Positions 13,536 through 26,725 of a stretch of 64,000 bases of DNA are shown in pieces (positions within the stretch are counted from its first letter, which is position 1; each line of letters opens with the position of its first letter). The translations under genes were made by a program, and so were the position numbers. The DNA is from the human T2T-CHM13v2.0 reference genome, Homo sapiens, in the NCBI RefSeq assembly GCF_009914755.1, contig NC_060947.1; one strand, 5' to 3'. A model generated the notes under the pieces. The model was not told the origin of the DNA. It did not search any database and saw only the letters and a program-made list of their open reading frames with translations.

Positions 13536-14586
13536 ATATATTATTGAATATTATTTCATAGCAATGGGGATCAGTTTCTTGTACTCTTTGATCTTGGGAA
13601 TAATTTATCGATAAAATATATATGTATATGAGCTGCGAGCATATTTTGAGTACTGACATAGATATTTAAACCTGAAATCCATCTTTCAGCTTGAACATAC
13701 TGATAATAGAATACTTACCAGTTATATATTTCTGTTGAATATTTTGATGTAAAATATAAACGACTAAAAAATACTAAAGATCAAATAAAATATACTAATA
13801 AAGAACATCACATAGAGCAACACTCTTAATTTTTTGTATCCTCTTTCCAACCCTAAGAGTTGACAACTGGATGTGATAACCACTCTACCCAAAGGTATAA
13901 ATGGAACCTTTTAAAATAATGAATAATTAAAAACTAACTCTATAACCAAACCAAGCATATGTCTCCATGGAGCTTTCCAAGCGCAAATGCTTAAAAAAGA
14001 AAATATTCAATTTTTCTTTATAAGGTACACATTTAAAAATAGACAAAAGTGTACTTTTGCTTTTTTATTCCTGGAGTTATATAATTTACAAAAATGTTTA
14101 GAAAGATTTTATACTGTGCTGCCAAGCTAATTTCAGAGATTCTAAATTTGGTGGACTTTTGTTCCAAAGAGTTAAAATTACCTGATATAGAACTAATTTC
14201 TAATCATTATCTTTTTCTTCTCTAGCATAGTGACCTTGTAAGGAAAGACGTTTTAAAAAAATTATAAAGGTAGTTTCTCTCCCATATACTAGAAATGCTA
14301 AATGATATTGCCACTTAAAACCAACTGGTTCAAAGTAAATACCATTGTTTATACACATCCAACAAATTGTGCCTCTACTCATAGACCTGATGGAGCCGTG
14401 TAACATAAGTAGCCAATTAGAGGCAAGATGTCGACACTGAATGAACTTTTTTGGGTTACACTGTGTATAATTACCTAACCATTTATTCATAACATTAACT
14501 GAGTGATAACTTAGTAGTAACGGTAAGCAATTCCTTTTAATAAAATATGTAATGATATGATGACATGGATTAGTCATATTAGGTAT

Positions 14587-16944
14587 TGTTTTAATTTATT
14601 TTCACACTGCTATAAATATACTACAGACTGGGTAATTTATAAAGAAACGAAGTTTAATTGACTCAAAATTCTACATGGCTAGGGAGGCCTCAGGAAACTT
14701 AAAATTATGGCAGAAAGCACAGGGGAAGGCAGGCACGTTTTACATTGAAGCAGGAGAGAGAGGGCACAGGGGAAACTGCCACTTTTACATCATCAAATAT
14801 CATAAGAATTCCCCCACTATCATGAGAACAGCATGGAGGAAAACTGTCTCCATGATTCAATCACCTCCCACCAGGTCCCTTCCTAGACACATGGGGATTA
14901 CAATTTGAAATGAGATTTGGTTGGGTACATAGAGCCCATCCATATCATTCTGCCTGTGGCCCCTCGTATATCTCATGTCATTTTCTTATTTCAAAACCAA
15001 TCATGCTTTCCCAACAGTCCCCCAAAGTCTTAACTCATTTCAGCCTAAACTCATAAGTTCAAGTCCAAAGCCTCATCTGAGACAAGGGAAGTTCCTTTCA
15101 CCTAAGCACCTGTAAAATCAAAAGAAAGTTAATTACTTCCAAGATACAATGGGGATATAGGCATTGGATTAATGTTCCCATTCCAAATGGGAGAAATTGG
15201 CCAAAACAAAGGGATCGCAGGCCCCATGCAAGTCTAGAAGCCCGGCTGGGCAGTCATCAAATCTTAAAGAAGCTCCAAAATCTCCTTTGACTTCATGTCT
15301 TACATCCAAGGCATGCTAATGCAAAGGGTGGCCTCCGAGGCCTTCAGCAGCTCTGCCCCTGTGGCTCTGCAGGGTACAGATCTTGTGGCTGCTTTCATGG
15401 GCTGGCACTGAGTGCCTGCAGCTTTTACAGGTGCAAGGTGCAAGCTGTCAGTGGATCTGCCATTCTAGGGTCTTGAGGACAATGGCCCTCTTCTCACAGC
15501 TCTACTATGCAGTGCCCCAGTGGGAACCATGTGTGGGGGGCTCTGATCCCATATTTTCTTTCTGCACTGCCCTAGCAGAGGTTCTCCGTGAGGGCGCTGC
15601 CCCTGCAACAAACTTCTGCCTGGACATCCAGGTATTTCCATACATCCTCTGAAATCTAGGTGGAGGTTCCCAATCCTCAACTCTTGTCTTCTATGCACCC
15701 ACAGGCCCAGTGCCAGAGGGAAGCTGGCAATGGTTGGGGTTTGCACCCTCTGAAGCCACGGCCACAGCTGTACCATGGCCATTTTAACCATGGCTGGAGC
15801 TGGATTGGCTGGGTGGGACAGAGGGTACCATGTCGCAAGGGTGCACAGAGCAGCAGAACCCTGGGCCCAGCACACAAAACTATTTTTCTGTTCTAGGCTT
15901 CCAGACCTGTGATGGGAGGGGCTGTTATAAAGAACTCTGAGATTGCCTGGAGATGTTTTCCCCATTGTCTTGGAAATTAACATTAGGCTTCTCATTACTT
16001 ATGCAAATTCCTGCAGCTGGCTTGAATTTCTTTCCAGAAAACAGCTTTTTTTTTTTTCCTTTCTACCTCATGATCAGGCTGCAAATCTTTGAAACTTTTA
16101 TGCTCTGCTTCCCTGTTAAATAAAAGTTTCAACATCAAACCATCTCTTTGTGGGCACATATAAGTGTATACTTTCAGGAAAAGCCAGGTCCCCTCTTGAA
16201 TGCTTTGCTGCTTAAAAATTTCTTCTGTCAGATACCCTAAATCATCTCTCTCAAATTCAAAGTTCCACAAATCTCTACAGCAGGAGCAAAATGCCACCAG
16301 TTTCTTTGCTAAAGCATAGCAAGAGTGACCTTTGCTCCAGTTCTCAACAATTTCCTCATCTCCACCTAAGACCACTACAACCTGGACTTCACTGTCTATA
16401 ACACTATCAGCATTTTGATCAGAACCATTCAACAAGTCTGTAGGAGGTTCCCAACATTCCCACATCTTCCTGTCTTCTGAGCCATCCAAACTGTTCCAAT
16501 CTCTGCGCATTACTCAGTTCCAAAGTTGCTTCCACATTTTCGTGTTATCTTTACACCAGTACCCCACTCTGCTCTGGTATCATTTTTCTTTATTTGTTCA
16601 TTTTCCCACTGCTCTAAAGATACTACACACTGGGCAATTTGTAAAGGAAAGAGGTTTAATTTACTCACAGTTCCACATGGCTGGGGAGGCCTCAGGAAAC
16701 TTACAATCATGGTGGAAGGGCAGGCTAGGCACCTCTTACACGCTGGCAGGAGAGAGAGAGAGCAGAAGGGAAACTGCCACTTTTAAACCATCAGATCTCA
16801 TGAGGACTCCCTCACTGTCATGAGAACAGCATGGGGGAAACTACCCTCATGATTCAGTCACCTCCCACCAGGTCCCTCCCTTGACACATGGGGTTTACAA
16901 TTCGAGATGACATTTGGGTGTGAACACAGAGCCAAACCATATGA
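14587..16944 (-). mobile_element. Full-length THE1C/D-like MaLR provirus (LTRs 14587-14947 and 16589-16944)
   Basis: Two direct LTRs around a ~1.64-kb internal region; 5-bp TSD ggtat (14582-14586) / gatat (16945-16949); MaLR internal ORF remnant WNSLDGSEDRKMWE. Confidence 0.95.
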
Positions 16945-17209
16945 GATATTGTTTATAATTTATAACACCAGGTCAGGTCAACCGGACATCTAGAGAACTT
17001 TGGCTATGTGAGTACTACTTTATTGTAATCATGGCTAAATAATATGCTTTGTCCAATAGATTTTAATTTGACTTTGCATGTACCTAAGAAACTCAAATAC
17101 AAGATAGCAAGGACTCCCACAAAACAGTTTTAATAATCTATGGTGAGGATAAATGGAGTCATCTATCAGAGATACCTAGACCTATTCTGAGTAATATTCA
17201 AATTTATTC

Positions 17210-17350
17210 TGGGTTAAGTGACATTCTTGAGTATCTATTATGTTCTAGGCATTGTACAGAGTGTCTTTCCACCTTCCATTTAGCAGAAACTCTGCTTGTC
17301 ATATTACAGATGAAGAAATTGTGGTTCAAAGAGTTAAGTGTCCGCTAAGT
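17210..17350 (-). mobile_element. MIR
   Basis: tattacagatgaagaaattgtggttcaaagagttaagtg. Confidence 0.65.
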
Positions 17351-18859
17351 TTAAGTATGGACACATTTATGGATCGCAGAAACTCGTCTGAATGATATCT
17401 TGCAGGCCTCTTTTCATTTACTGGCTGCTTTTTGTGTATGGGGGGAGTCCTAATGAAAATAAACATATGTAGATACTAATAATTTCCAAGCTAGAAAATA
17501 AATTGATCTAATCAGCAATCCATGTTCAGCAGATAATACAGGAAACTTTTTTCCTCTACAGAAAACCATGCCTATCATGCAATTACTTATATACTTAAAA
17601 TGTATAGACTCCCCTATTCCATTTTTCACCATTAGAAAACCTTGAAGCAGAGAAAAAAATGGTAGATTGATATTTGACAGCTGCCTATAGAACAAATTTT
17701 TATTGAAAAATTATAATTTTTTTAATAAAAAATGTATCTGGGAATAATGAAAGCTTGATAGGTTTGGTGACTAAAATTTTTAGGCTAGTCATCAAAATTG
17801 CAAAAGAGTTTGTATATTTCTTGGAGTGCTCCCTAAAAACAGTTTATTTTGTCCTTCTGTTATGTTTCATTAGGAGGTGGACCAATGATTCAATAAATAT
17901 GGCATTAATATCACCAATTGTTCCTCAGGCTACAGCTATGAATTCAAAGCAACAAGAATATGGTGAAGCCAAAAAACAAACAAACTTCTCTCTTCTGAGC
18001 GATCAGTGGGGATCACTGCTAAATAAATATGAATATAGACATTGACATGGATTGTGAGAGCAGCTGCAAAAGCTTGATAGATCTGCCTGGATGGCAACAT
18101 GTAGCCTATGTCTGTGATACAAAATTCTGACTGAAAGTTACAAACTTTGGAAAGTATTCAGATGCTTTGTCAAAACAGCATCAACATTTCAAAATTCAGA
18201 AAACTTTTAATTGCTTACACTATTAGCCAACTTAGTCTCATGATCTTTAAGATAAAAGAGGAAGACAGAGTCCCAGTTTGATTGCCAGATATATGTAACC
18301 ACAATACCCTATTGTTGATACATACCAGCTTCCATTACAAGGCTTAGCAGTTACACAACGGTCAGTAAGGAAGGGCAGTTATTTATCTCAATACAGAGAA
18401 CAATGTGTGACTGCTAAGCAGTACAGGCCACAATTCTACCAGATGAAAAGCCTACTTGCATAGTAAGTATAAGATTGTTTTATCCGGTAACCTTAATTCT
18501 GAACTCCATGCAGTTAGCACAGAGATTCTGCTCTCAGATGCCTGTTGAAATAAATTGACTAGTAAAACAGAATTTGAAGATACTGTCAGAAATAGAAGGT
18601 AGCACTTCCTCTGGGTGATTTTTCTTTCCAGCAGGTCATCTGACACAGTTAGGAGTAGTTTTATTAATTCTGAGTTGATCTTAGTGTACTACAGCTGACT
18701 TGTTCCGACGAAAAGTAAATAGCTGGGTCAGCTTTGGTCAGGTATAGCCAGGAACCTAGAAATGTCTGTTTTTACCATTCAGGTGGCTCTCTTCTAAAAG
18801 TAGTATGACAGACACCAAATATTTTTAAAGGTGAAATATTTTCCAAAGAAAACATCCGA

Positions 18860-19245
18860 CTCTCCATTGCTCTTGTAATAAAATCCAGAGTCTTTATCAT
18901 GACTGACACGACCTATATTATCTGATCTCTGCCCCCATTTCCAGCCACATTTTCTGTCATTCTCTCTGCCCCTTCGTTCAGTCATATCCGTGGAGAGGCC
19001 TTTTTTAGAATCCCCAGAATCCTGTCTCTTACAATTAAATTATCCTGTATGACTTTGAACTTCCCCTTTGGTAATGTTTCCACTTTTTTTTTTTAACATC
19101 CACCTCCCCCACTAGATTGTAACTTCCTTAAGGGCTTAAATGATTTCTCATTTACCATTTTGTCCATAGCAAATAGCACATTGCTTGGATTGTAGCAGTC
19201 CCCTTGGTAAAAATTTATTAAAATCATGAATAAATGAATAAATCC
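18860..19245 (+). mobile_element. L2 3' end
   Basis: cccactagattgtaacttcctt...tagcacattgcttgg...atgaataaatgaataaat tail. Confidence 0.7.
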
Positions 19246-19304
19246 ATGAAGAATTTACTGAGTAAAGTTGGGTTCTGCTTTATGTTCAGGACAAACAAAA
19301 ATAT

Positions 19305-19416
19305 AGGGTGATAAACCATCCTGGTTTGCCTGAAACTGAGAGGGATCCCAGAATGTGGGTCTTTCAGTTTTAAAGCTGGGACAGTCCCAGGTACTCGCAG
19401 ATGAATTGGTCACACA
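19305..19416. mobile_element. MER94-like hAT-Blackjack MITE
   Basis: agggtgataaaccatcctggtttgcctg...tttcagttttaaagctgggacagtcccagg...ttggtcac. Confidence 0.75.
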
Positions 19417-19732
19417 TGTAGTGACCATGGCTTTCTGAGAATAGAAATGTGCAATAGTCAATCAGATTTTGTACACACATTTCTCATGTTTCTTCCTGAT
19501 TGCCTGCCCATACAAAAAGAGAAAAAAAATGTTTTTTCCTCAACAGCAGATATTATGAGGCCTGAGCTTCCGAAATAATTGGATATAACCTCATCATTTC
19601 CTCTTCCTCTTAGCTGAATTACAATAAATATTAGTGATTTTCTGTCTTATAGTGGATTCATCTCAATGGTTTTATAGTGGATTCATCTCAATGCTCTGGT
19701 TTTATAAAAATCTGGGCTTAGGACCAATTCTT

Positions 19733-19822
19733 TTTTGTTGTTGTTTATTTGGCCTCAGGTGATCTGCGCTCTTCAGCCTCCCAAAGTGCTGGGATTATAG
19801 GCATGAGCCATCACGCCCAGCT
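19733..19822 (-). mobile_element. Internally deleted Alu (5' ~72 nt joined to the tail)
   Basis: cctcccaaagtgctgggattataggcatgagcc directly next to a T-rich tail; imperfect TSD aggaccaattctt / gggacaaattatt. Confidence 0.85.
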
Positions 19823-20308
19823 GGGACAAATTATTATTGCATATCCACACTTACATGTCTCCTAAAATATTAAAAATTATAAAAACTCGTCTTACAAATG
19901 GGTTGAAATGATAATAGATTTTGATTCTAGAAAGAAAAGCTATGTGGATCAATATACAAAATTATTTCATAAAATCTTCTTGTGAGTGAAAATAAGGCAA
20001 AAATAAGACAAAATAAATGATAATGACTTCAAGCACCTTATTAATTTTACAGGTTCTCATAGAATGACAATAAATATCCTGAGGTATATGTTCTGAAATT
20101 GGCTAAATTACACTTAACTTATAATATTAATTCACTTAAAAACACCTTTATTTTTACTATAAAAAGCATTACTTGGAAGGATTTTATATTTTTAAAAATT
20201 TTCTCCAGTATGTGGTGTATGATACGTTCCAATAGCTATTGTGGCTTAAATTAAAGGATTAGATTAGTTATATTAGTTATATTAGTTAGTGTAAGGCAAA
20301 GTAATTCT

Positions 20309-23300
20309 TTTTTAACTTTATTTCAGGTTTGGGCATATATGTGCAGGTTTTTCCTATAGGTAAACTTGTGTCACAGGGATTTGTTGTACAGATTATATCA
20401 TCACCCAGGTACTAAACCCAGTACCCAATAGTTACTTTTTCTGCTCCTCTCCCTCCTCCCACCTGCCATCCTCACGTAGGCCCCAGTGTCTGTTGTTCCT
20501 CTCTTTGTGTTTGTCTGTTCTCTTCATTTAGCTCCCAATTAGAAGTGAGAACATGCAGTGTTTGGTTGTCTGTTCCTGCTTAAGTCTGCTAAGGATGATG
20601 GCCTCTAGCTCCATCAATGTTTCCACAGAAGACACAATCTTGTTCTTCTTTATGGCTGCATAGTATTCCATGAGGTATATTTCCCACATTTTTGTTACTC
20701 AATCTGTCATTGATGGGCATTTAGGTTGATTCCATGTCTTTGCAATTATGAATAGAGTTGCAATGAACATTGGTGTCCTTACGCTGCTGCTTTGGTTACT
20801 GTAGCCCTGCAATATACCTCCAGCTTTGATGATTTTGCTTAGGATTGCCTTGACTATTCAGGTTCCTTTTTGGTTCCATATGAATTTTAAAATAGTTTTT
20901 TTCTAGTTCTGTGAAGAACGTCATTGGTAGTTTGATAGGAGTAGCATTGAATCTGTAAATTGCTTTGGGCAGTCTGGCCATTTTAATGATAATTGATTCT
21001 TACTGTCCATGAGCATGGGATGTTTTTCCATTTATTTGTGTTTTCTCTGACTTCTTTGAGCAGTGTTTTGTAATTCTCATTGTAGAGATCTTTTACTTCC
21101 CTGGTTACCTGTATTTCTTGGTATATTTTATTCTTTTCCTGGCTATTGTGAATGAGATTGCATTTCTAATTTGGCTCTCAGCTTTGCTGTTGTTGGTGTA
21201 TAGAAATGCTAGTAATGTTTCTACATTGATTTGATATCCTGAAACTTAGTTGAAGTTGTATATCAGCTGAAGGACTTTTTGGCCAAGAATATGGGGTTTT
21301 CTAGTTATAGAATCACATCTTCTGAAAAGAGGGATAGTCTGACTTCCTCTCTTCCTACTTGGATGCTGTTTATTTTTCTTTTCTCTTGCCTGATTGCTCT
21401 GGCAAGCACTGCCTGTAATATAGCAATATAGTGAATAGGTATGTTTCCCCAATACCTAATTTACTGAGAGTTTTTAACATGAAGAGATGTTGAATTTTAT
21501 CAAAAAACTTTTCCACATTTATTGAGATAATCATGCCAGTTCTGTCTTTAGTTCTGTTTATGTGACGAATCACACTTACTGATTTCCATGTGTTGAACCA
21601 ACCTTGCTTCCTGGAGATGAAGCCTACTTGATTTTGGTGGGTTAGCTTTTCGATGTGCTGGTGGATTTGATTTGCAAGTATTTTGTTGAGAATTTTTGCA
21701 TCTGTTTTCATCAAGGATATTAGCCTGAAGTTTGTTGTTGTTGTTGTTGTGTCTCTGCCAGGTTTTAGTAACAGGATGAAGGTGGACTCAGAATAAGTTG
21801 GGAGAGGACACTCCTCCCTAAATTTTTAAAACAGTTTCAGTAGGAATTGTACCAGGTCTTCTTTGTACACCTGGTAGAATTTGGCTGTGAATTCATCTGG
21901 TCTTGGCCTTTTTTTGTTGGTAGACTATTTATGACTGATTCAATTTCAGAGCTCATTATTGGTCTGTTCATGAATCCATTTTTTCCTTGTTCAGTCGTGG
22001 GAGGGTGTATGTGTATAGGAATTCACATATCTCTTCTGTGTTTTCTAGTTTGTGTTCATAGCAGTAGTTTCCAATGGTAATTTTTATTTCTGTGGAGTCA
22101 GTGATAACATCCCCTTTGTCATTTCTCATTGTGTTTATTAAGATAGTCTCTCTTTATTTTTTATTAGTCTAGCCAGTAGTCTTTTTTTTATTTTCAAAAA
22201 ACCAATCAATACCAACTCCTGTTTTCTTGATCTTTTGAATGGTTTTTTATGTCTCTGATTTTGGTTATTTCTTGTCTTCTGCTAGCTTTGAAGTTGATTT
22301 CTCCTTGCTTCTCCAATTCCTTCAATTGTGATGTTAGGTTGTTTATTTGAGATCTTTCTAACTTCTTGATGTTAGTTTTAGTGCTTTAATACTTGATGTT
22401 AGGTCTTTAGTGCTATGAATTTTCCTCTTAACACTGCCTTAGCTGTGTCCCAGAGATTCTGGTATGTTTTATTTTTATTCTCATTAGTTTCAAAGAACTT
22501 CTTTATTTCTGCCTTAATTTCAAAGTCATTCCAGAGCATGTTGTCTAATTTTCATATAATTGCATGGTTTTGAGCATTTTTTTTAGTCTTGACTTCTGTT
22601 TTTATTGTGCTGTCGTCCAAGAGAGAGTTTGGTATGATTTTCGTTCTTTTGCATTTGCTTAAGAGTGTTCTATTGTGTGGTCAGTCTTACAATATGTCAG
22701 TCTTGACTCTTACAATATGTCCAATTGTGTGGTCAATCTTACAATATGTGCCATGTGGCAATGAGAAAAATATACATTCTGTTGTTTTGGAGTGGAGAGT
22801 TCTGTAGAGGTCTATGTGATCCATTTAGTCCAATGTTGAGTTCAGGTTCTAAATATCTTTGTTAATTTTCTGCCTCAATAATCTGTCTAATACTCTCAGT
22901 GAAGTGTTGAAGTCTCCCATAATTATTGTGTGGGAGTCAAAGTCTCTTTGTAGATCTTTATAAAATTTATAAATATGTTTGTTACCATATTAGATGAATG
23001 TATATTTGGGATACTTACGTTTTCTTGTTGAACTGAAACCTTGACCCTTATGTAATCCCCTTCTTTGTCTTTTTTGATCTTTGTTGGTTTAAAATCTGTT
23101 TTGCCTGAAATTAGGATGGCAACCCTAAGTTGCATTTTTTTTCTGATTTCCATTTCTGTGGCAGAGTTTCCTCCATCTCTGTATTTTGAGCCCTTGGGTG
23201 TCATTACATGTGAGATGGGTCTCTTGAAGACAGTATACCATTGGGTCTTCCAGTATACCAGAGGGGAATTTAGCTGTCTTACACTCAAGGTTAGTATTGG

Positions 23301-24240
23301 TATGTGTGAATTTGATCCTGTTATTGTGTTGCTAGCTGGTTATTATGCTGGCTTTGTTATGTGGTTGTTTTATAGTATCACTGTTCTGTGTATTTAAGTG
23401 TGTTTTTGTATTGGCTGATAGTAGTCTTTTTTATCTATATATACTGCTGCTTTCGAGATCTCTTGTAAGGCAGGTCTGGTGGTAACAAAGTCCCTCACCA
23501 TTTGTTTATTGAAAAAGGATCTTATTTTTCCTTTGCTTAGGAAGCTTAGTTTGGCTGGATGTGAAATTCTTGGTTGATAATTTTTTTTCCTTAAGAATAT
23601 TGAATATAGGCCTCCAATATATTCTGGCTTATAGAGTTTAAGCTGAGAAGTCCACTGTTAGCCTGATAGGGCTCCCTTTGTAGGTGAACTGCCTTTTCTT
23701 CTATCTGCCTTTAACATTCTTTAATTTTGATCTGGAGAATCTGATGATTTTGTGTCTTGGGGATTATCTTCTTGTGTAGGAACTTGCAGTGATTTTCTGC
23801 ATTTTCTGAATTTGACTATTAAGTTCTCTAGCAAGATTGGGAAAGTTTTCATGGATGATATCCTGAAATATGTTTTCCAAGTTATTTGCTTTCTCCCTAT
23901 CTCTTTCTGGGATGCCAGTGATTCACAGATTTGGCCTCTTTACATAATCCAATATTTCTCAGAGTTGTTTTTTTTTTCTTTTCATTCTTTTTTTTTCTTT
24001 ATTTTTGTCTGAATGTCTTATTTCAGTGAGCCAGTCTTCAAGGTCTGAGATTTGTTCCTCAGCTTGGTCTTTTCTGCTATTAATACTTATGATTGCATTG
24101 TGAAATCCTTATGGTGTGTTTTTCAGCTCTGTTAGATCAGTAAGGTTGTTTTCTAGACCAGCTATTTCATCTTTCAGCTCATGTATCATTTTATTTTGAT
24201 TCTTAGTTCCCTTGAATTGGGTTTTGCCATTCTCCAGAGA
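20309..24240 (-). mobile_element. L1PA13-15-like element, 5'-truncated in ORF1, with internal deletions
   Basis: 3'UTR motifs at 20310-20770; ORF2 peptides [16 protein letters not shown] and [15 protein letters not shown]; 11-bp TSD aaagtaattct (20298-20308 / 24241-24251). Confidence 0.92.
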
Positions 24241-24768
24241 AAAGTAATTCTATATCATTTTTAAAAATTTGTCATGTAGAGATGCAAAAGGTACATTTAT
24301 ACAATGAAAAGACACAAAATATTTAATTTTTACCTGTCAATTAAGCCATCAAGGATAAGTTACAATATGTTTTAGTTTGCATAGTAATTCTTTAAAAAAA
24401 TCACAAGTTATCATTGAAAAAATAAATGGTAGCATAATCTAATAAATTTCCAAGGAGAGTTATATTCACGGTCATCCTATTTACTATTTTAAACTCAAAG
24501 CTTCATGAAGTAAATATCTACATGTTTTATTTGTCTTTTTAAGGCTATAATTCCACCAGATTTTAAAGCCAGAGAAACAAGAATAAATAATATATCCATA
24601 TACTTCAAAGAACAATTGAATATATAAAAATATATAGATAAGAAAGCACCTTCTTCAAATAAAACATAGAAGCCAAATAAATATTTTTATAGTGCATCTT
24701 AAGAATAAAAGCAAATAGCTGCTAATAGTCCAGTAGCTAATCTTAACATTTAGTGGAAGGCAGAATTA

Positions 24769-25132
<364 letters not shown>

Positions 25133-26725
25133 AAAATCCTTAAGGCTGCTACTCATGTGCACCCCTGGTCAAGCAACACTGCTCAATGTGGCAGTCTTGG
25201 CCTCTGAGGGAAAACAAAGTAAAACGAAACAAAACAAAAAACAGAACAGCAACAATAAAACAGTAAAAATACAAAAGAAAAAACAGATTGAACAGCAGGT
25301 TAGTAATGCATTTAAACCACCAAATTACTAGTTCATTCTTCTCTGCTCAGTGGTCTTTGTTGATCATCCTCAGAAAAGAAGTCCAGGATGGTGAAAACTA
25401 AGAAATCATTGTTATATGTAAAATTCAGAAGTATTTTGTGACCTAGAAAAAAGAGGCTTTAGAAATTGATGAAAGTTGACTCCCAATCACAGAGGATGAG
25501 ACATGGAAATGGGAACAGTTAGAATGATGGAAAGCAAAGAAATATCCTAAAAAAAAAAGTAGGAGGACTGAGAAGAGCCCTTTTTTAGAATGATGAAACC
25601 TAACAAATATATTTGTAGAAATAAGAAAACAACAATAGGCAGGCAGGAAAGAAGGGAATAGGAAGTCAGGGAAGGAGAGAATAAAGGAGGGGGCGAGTGA
25701 GAGAGAGAGAAAAAGACACAGAGAGAGATAAGTGATGCAGAATGGAAGGGGATTCTGAAAGTTTGAAATACACCTTGAAGTCAGGCTCTATCACCGTGAA
25801 TGAATGTGAATAGTCACACATGTACCTGCACATACACAGAAAACTACATAAAGGTGAATCAATGAATAACATGCATAAATTTTTCAAGGTTAATGGACCT
25901 CAAACTTAAGCTCACATAAAAAAATCTGAAGAATGTAATGAAATATAGAAAGTCTGAAACACATTTTACAAAATGACATTTCAATAATCCCAAAGAATAA
26001 TTATTAAAACACAGTATGTATTAGATTAAATCTTAAAATATTTCTTCTTTCAGTTTACTCACACTCCTTTTTGCTGCTTTGTTTCCCCAAGAAAAATAGT
26101 GTTTACCGTGCAGTTTGTCGAGGTTACTATTATCACATGAGCTGATTCCAAGGACTGTAAATAACCTAGAAAATGTTTGAAAAAACTGTCAGACTACCTC
26201 CTAACTAATGTGTTACCAGGGTCCCTAAAATCAAAATCAGGCTACCTGAGTATTTAAGAATCTGTATAGTCCTTTGGTTATTGAGGTCATGTTCCATGAT
26301 AGTTAATTTATAATTTAAATGTTAATGAATTTTGGCATAAATTCCTAAACTTAGATAATAGATGTCAGGTTTTCTCATTTCTATATTTTCATGGTAATGC
26401 ATTCCTGCTTCCTGTGTTCAAATGGTGATGGAAAATGTGCCTTGAGGCACTCTGAAATACATCAGAACTGAATTCACTTGGCAGTTTAATCATAAATAAT
26501 AAGAAAATTAATGTTTCACAAAATAATACCATTGGCAAGCATTGTTTATCCCTACCAAGTTTATCTTAGTGCTTCTTTTTCGCTACCTCAGTTATTCCCA
26601 AAGTCTTCTCAAAAATATCTTATTATTTAAAATAATTTCCATTTCCATAATGTGCCTTCCCAAAAACAATTGAAGTAGAGAAATGACTTTGAAATGTTAA
26701 CTACTTTTTAAATATTATAACCCTC

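Noticed and set aside
14183-14235. Minus-strand AG...GT segment resembling an exon
   Set aside because: Stops in all three frames and an atypical AAG acceptor.
15465-16510. 176-aa and 171-aa ORFs
   Set aside because: Remnants of the MaLR internal ORF, frameshifted; homologous broken pieces occur at 27161-28557.
17874-17961. Plus-strand candidate exon after a good pyrimidine tract
   Set aside because: Weak donor (gtgaag), unrecognisable peptide and no partner exons found.
22672-22749. Repeat-spacer pattern superficially like a CRISPR array
   Set aside because: Eukaryotic L1 context, 13-bp repeats, and spacers that are themselves local copies; no cas genes.
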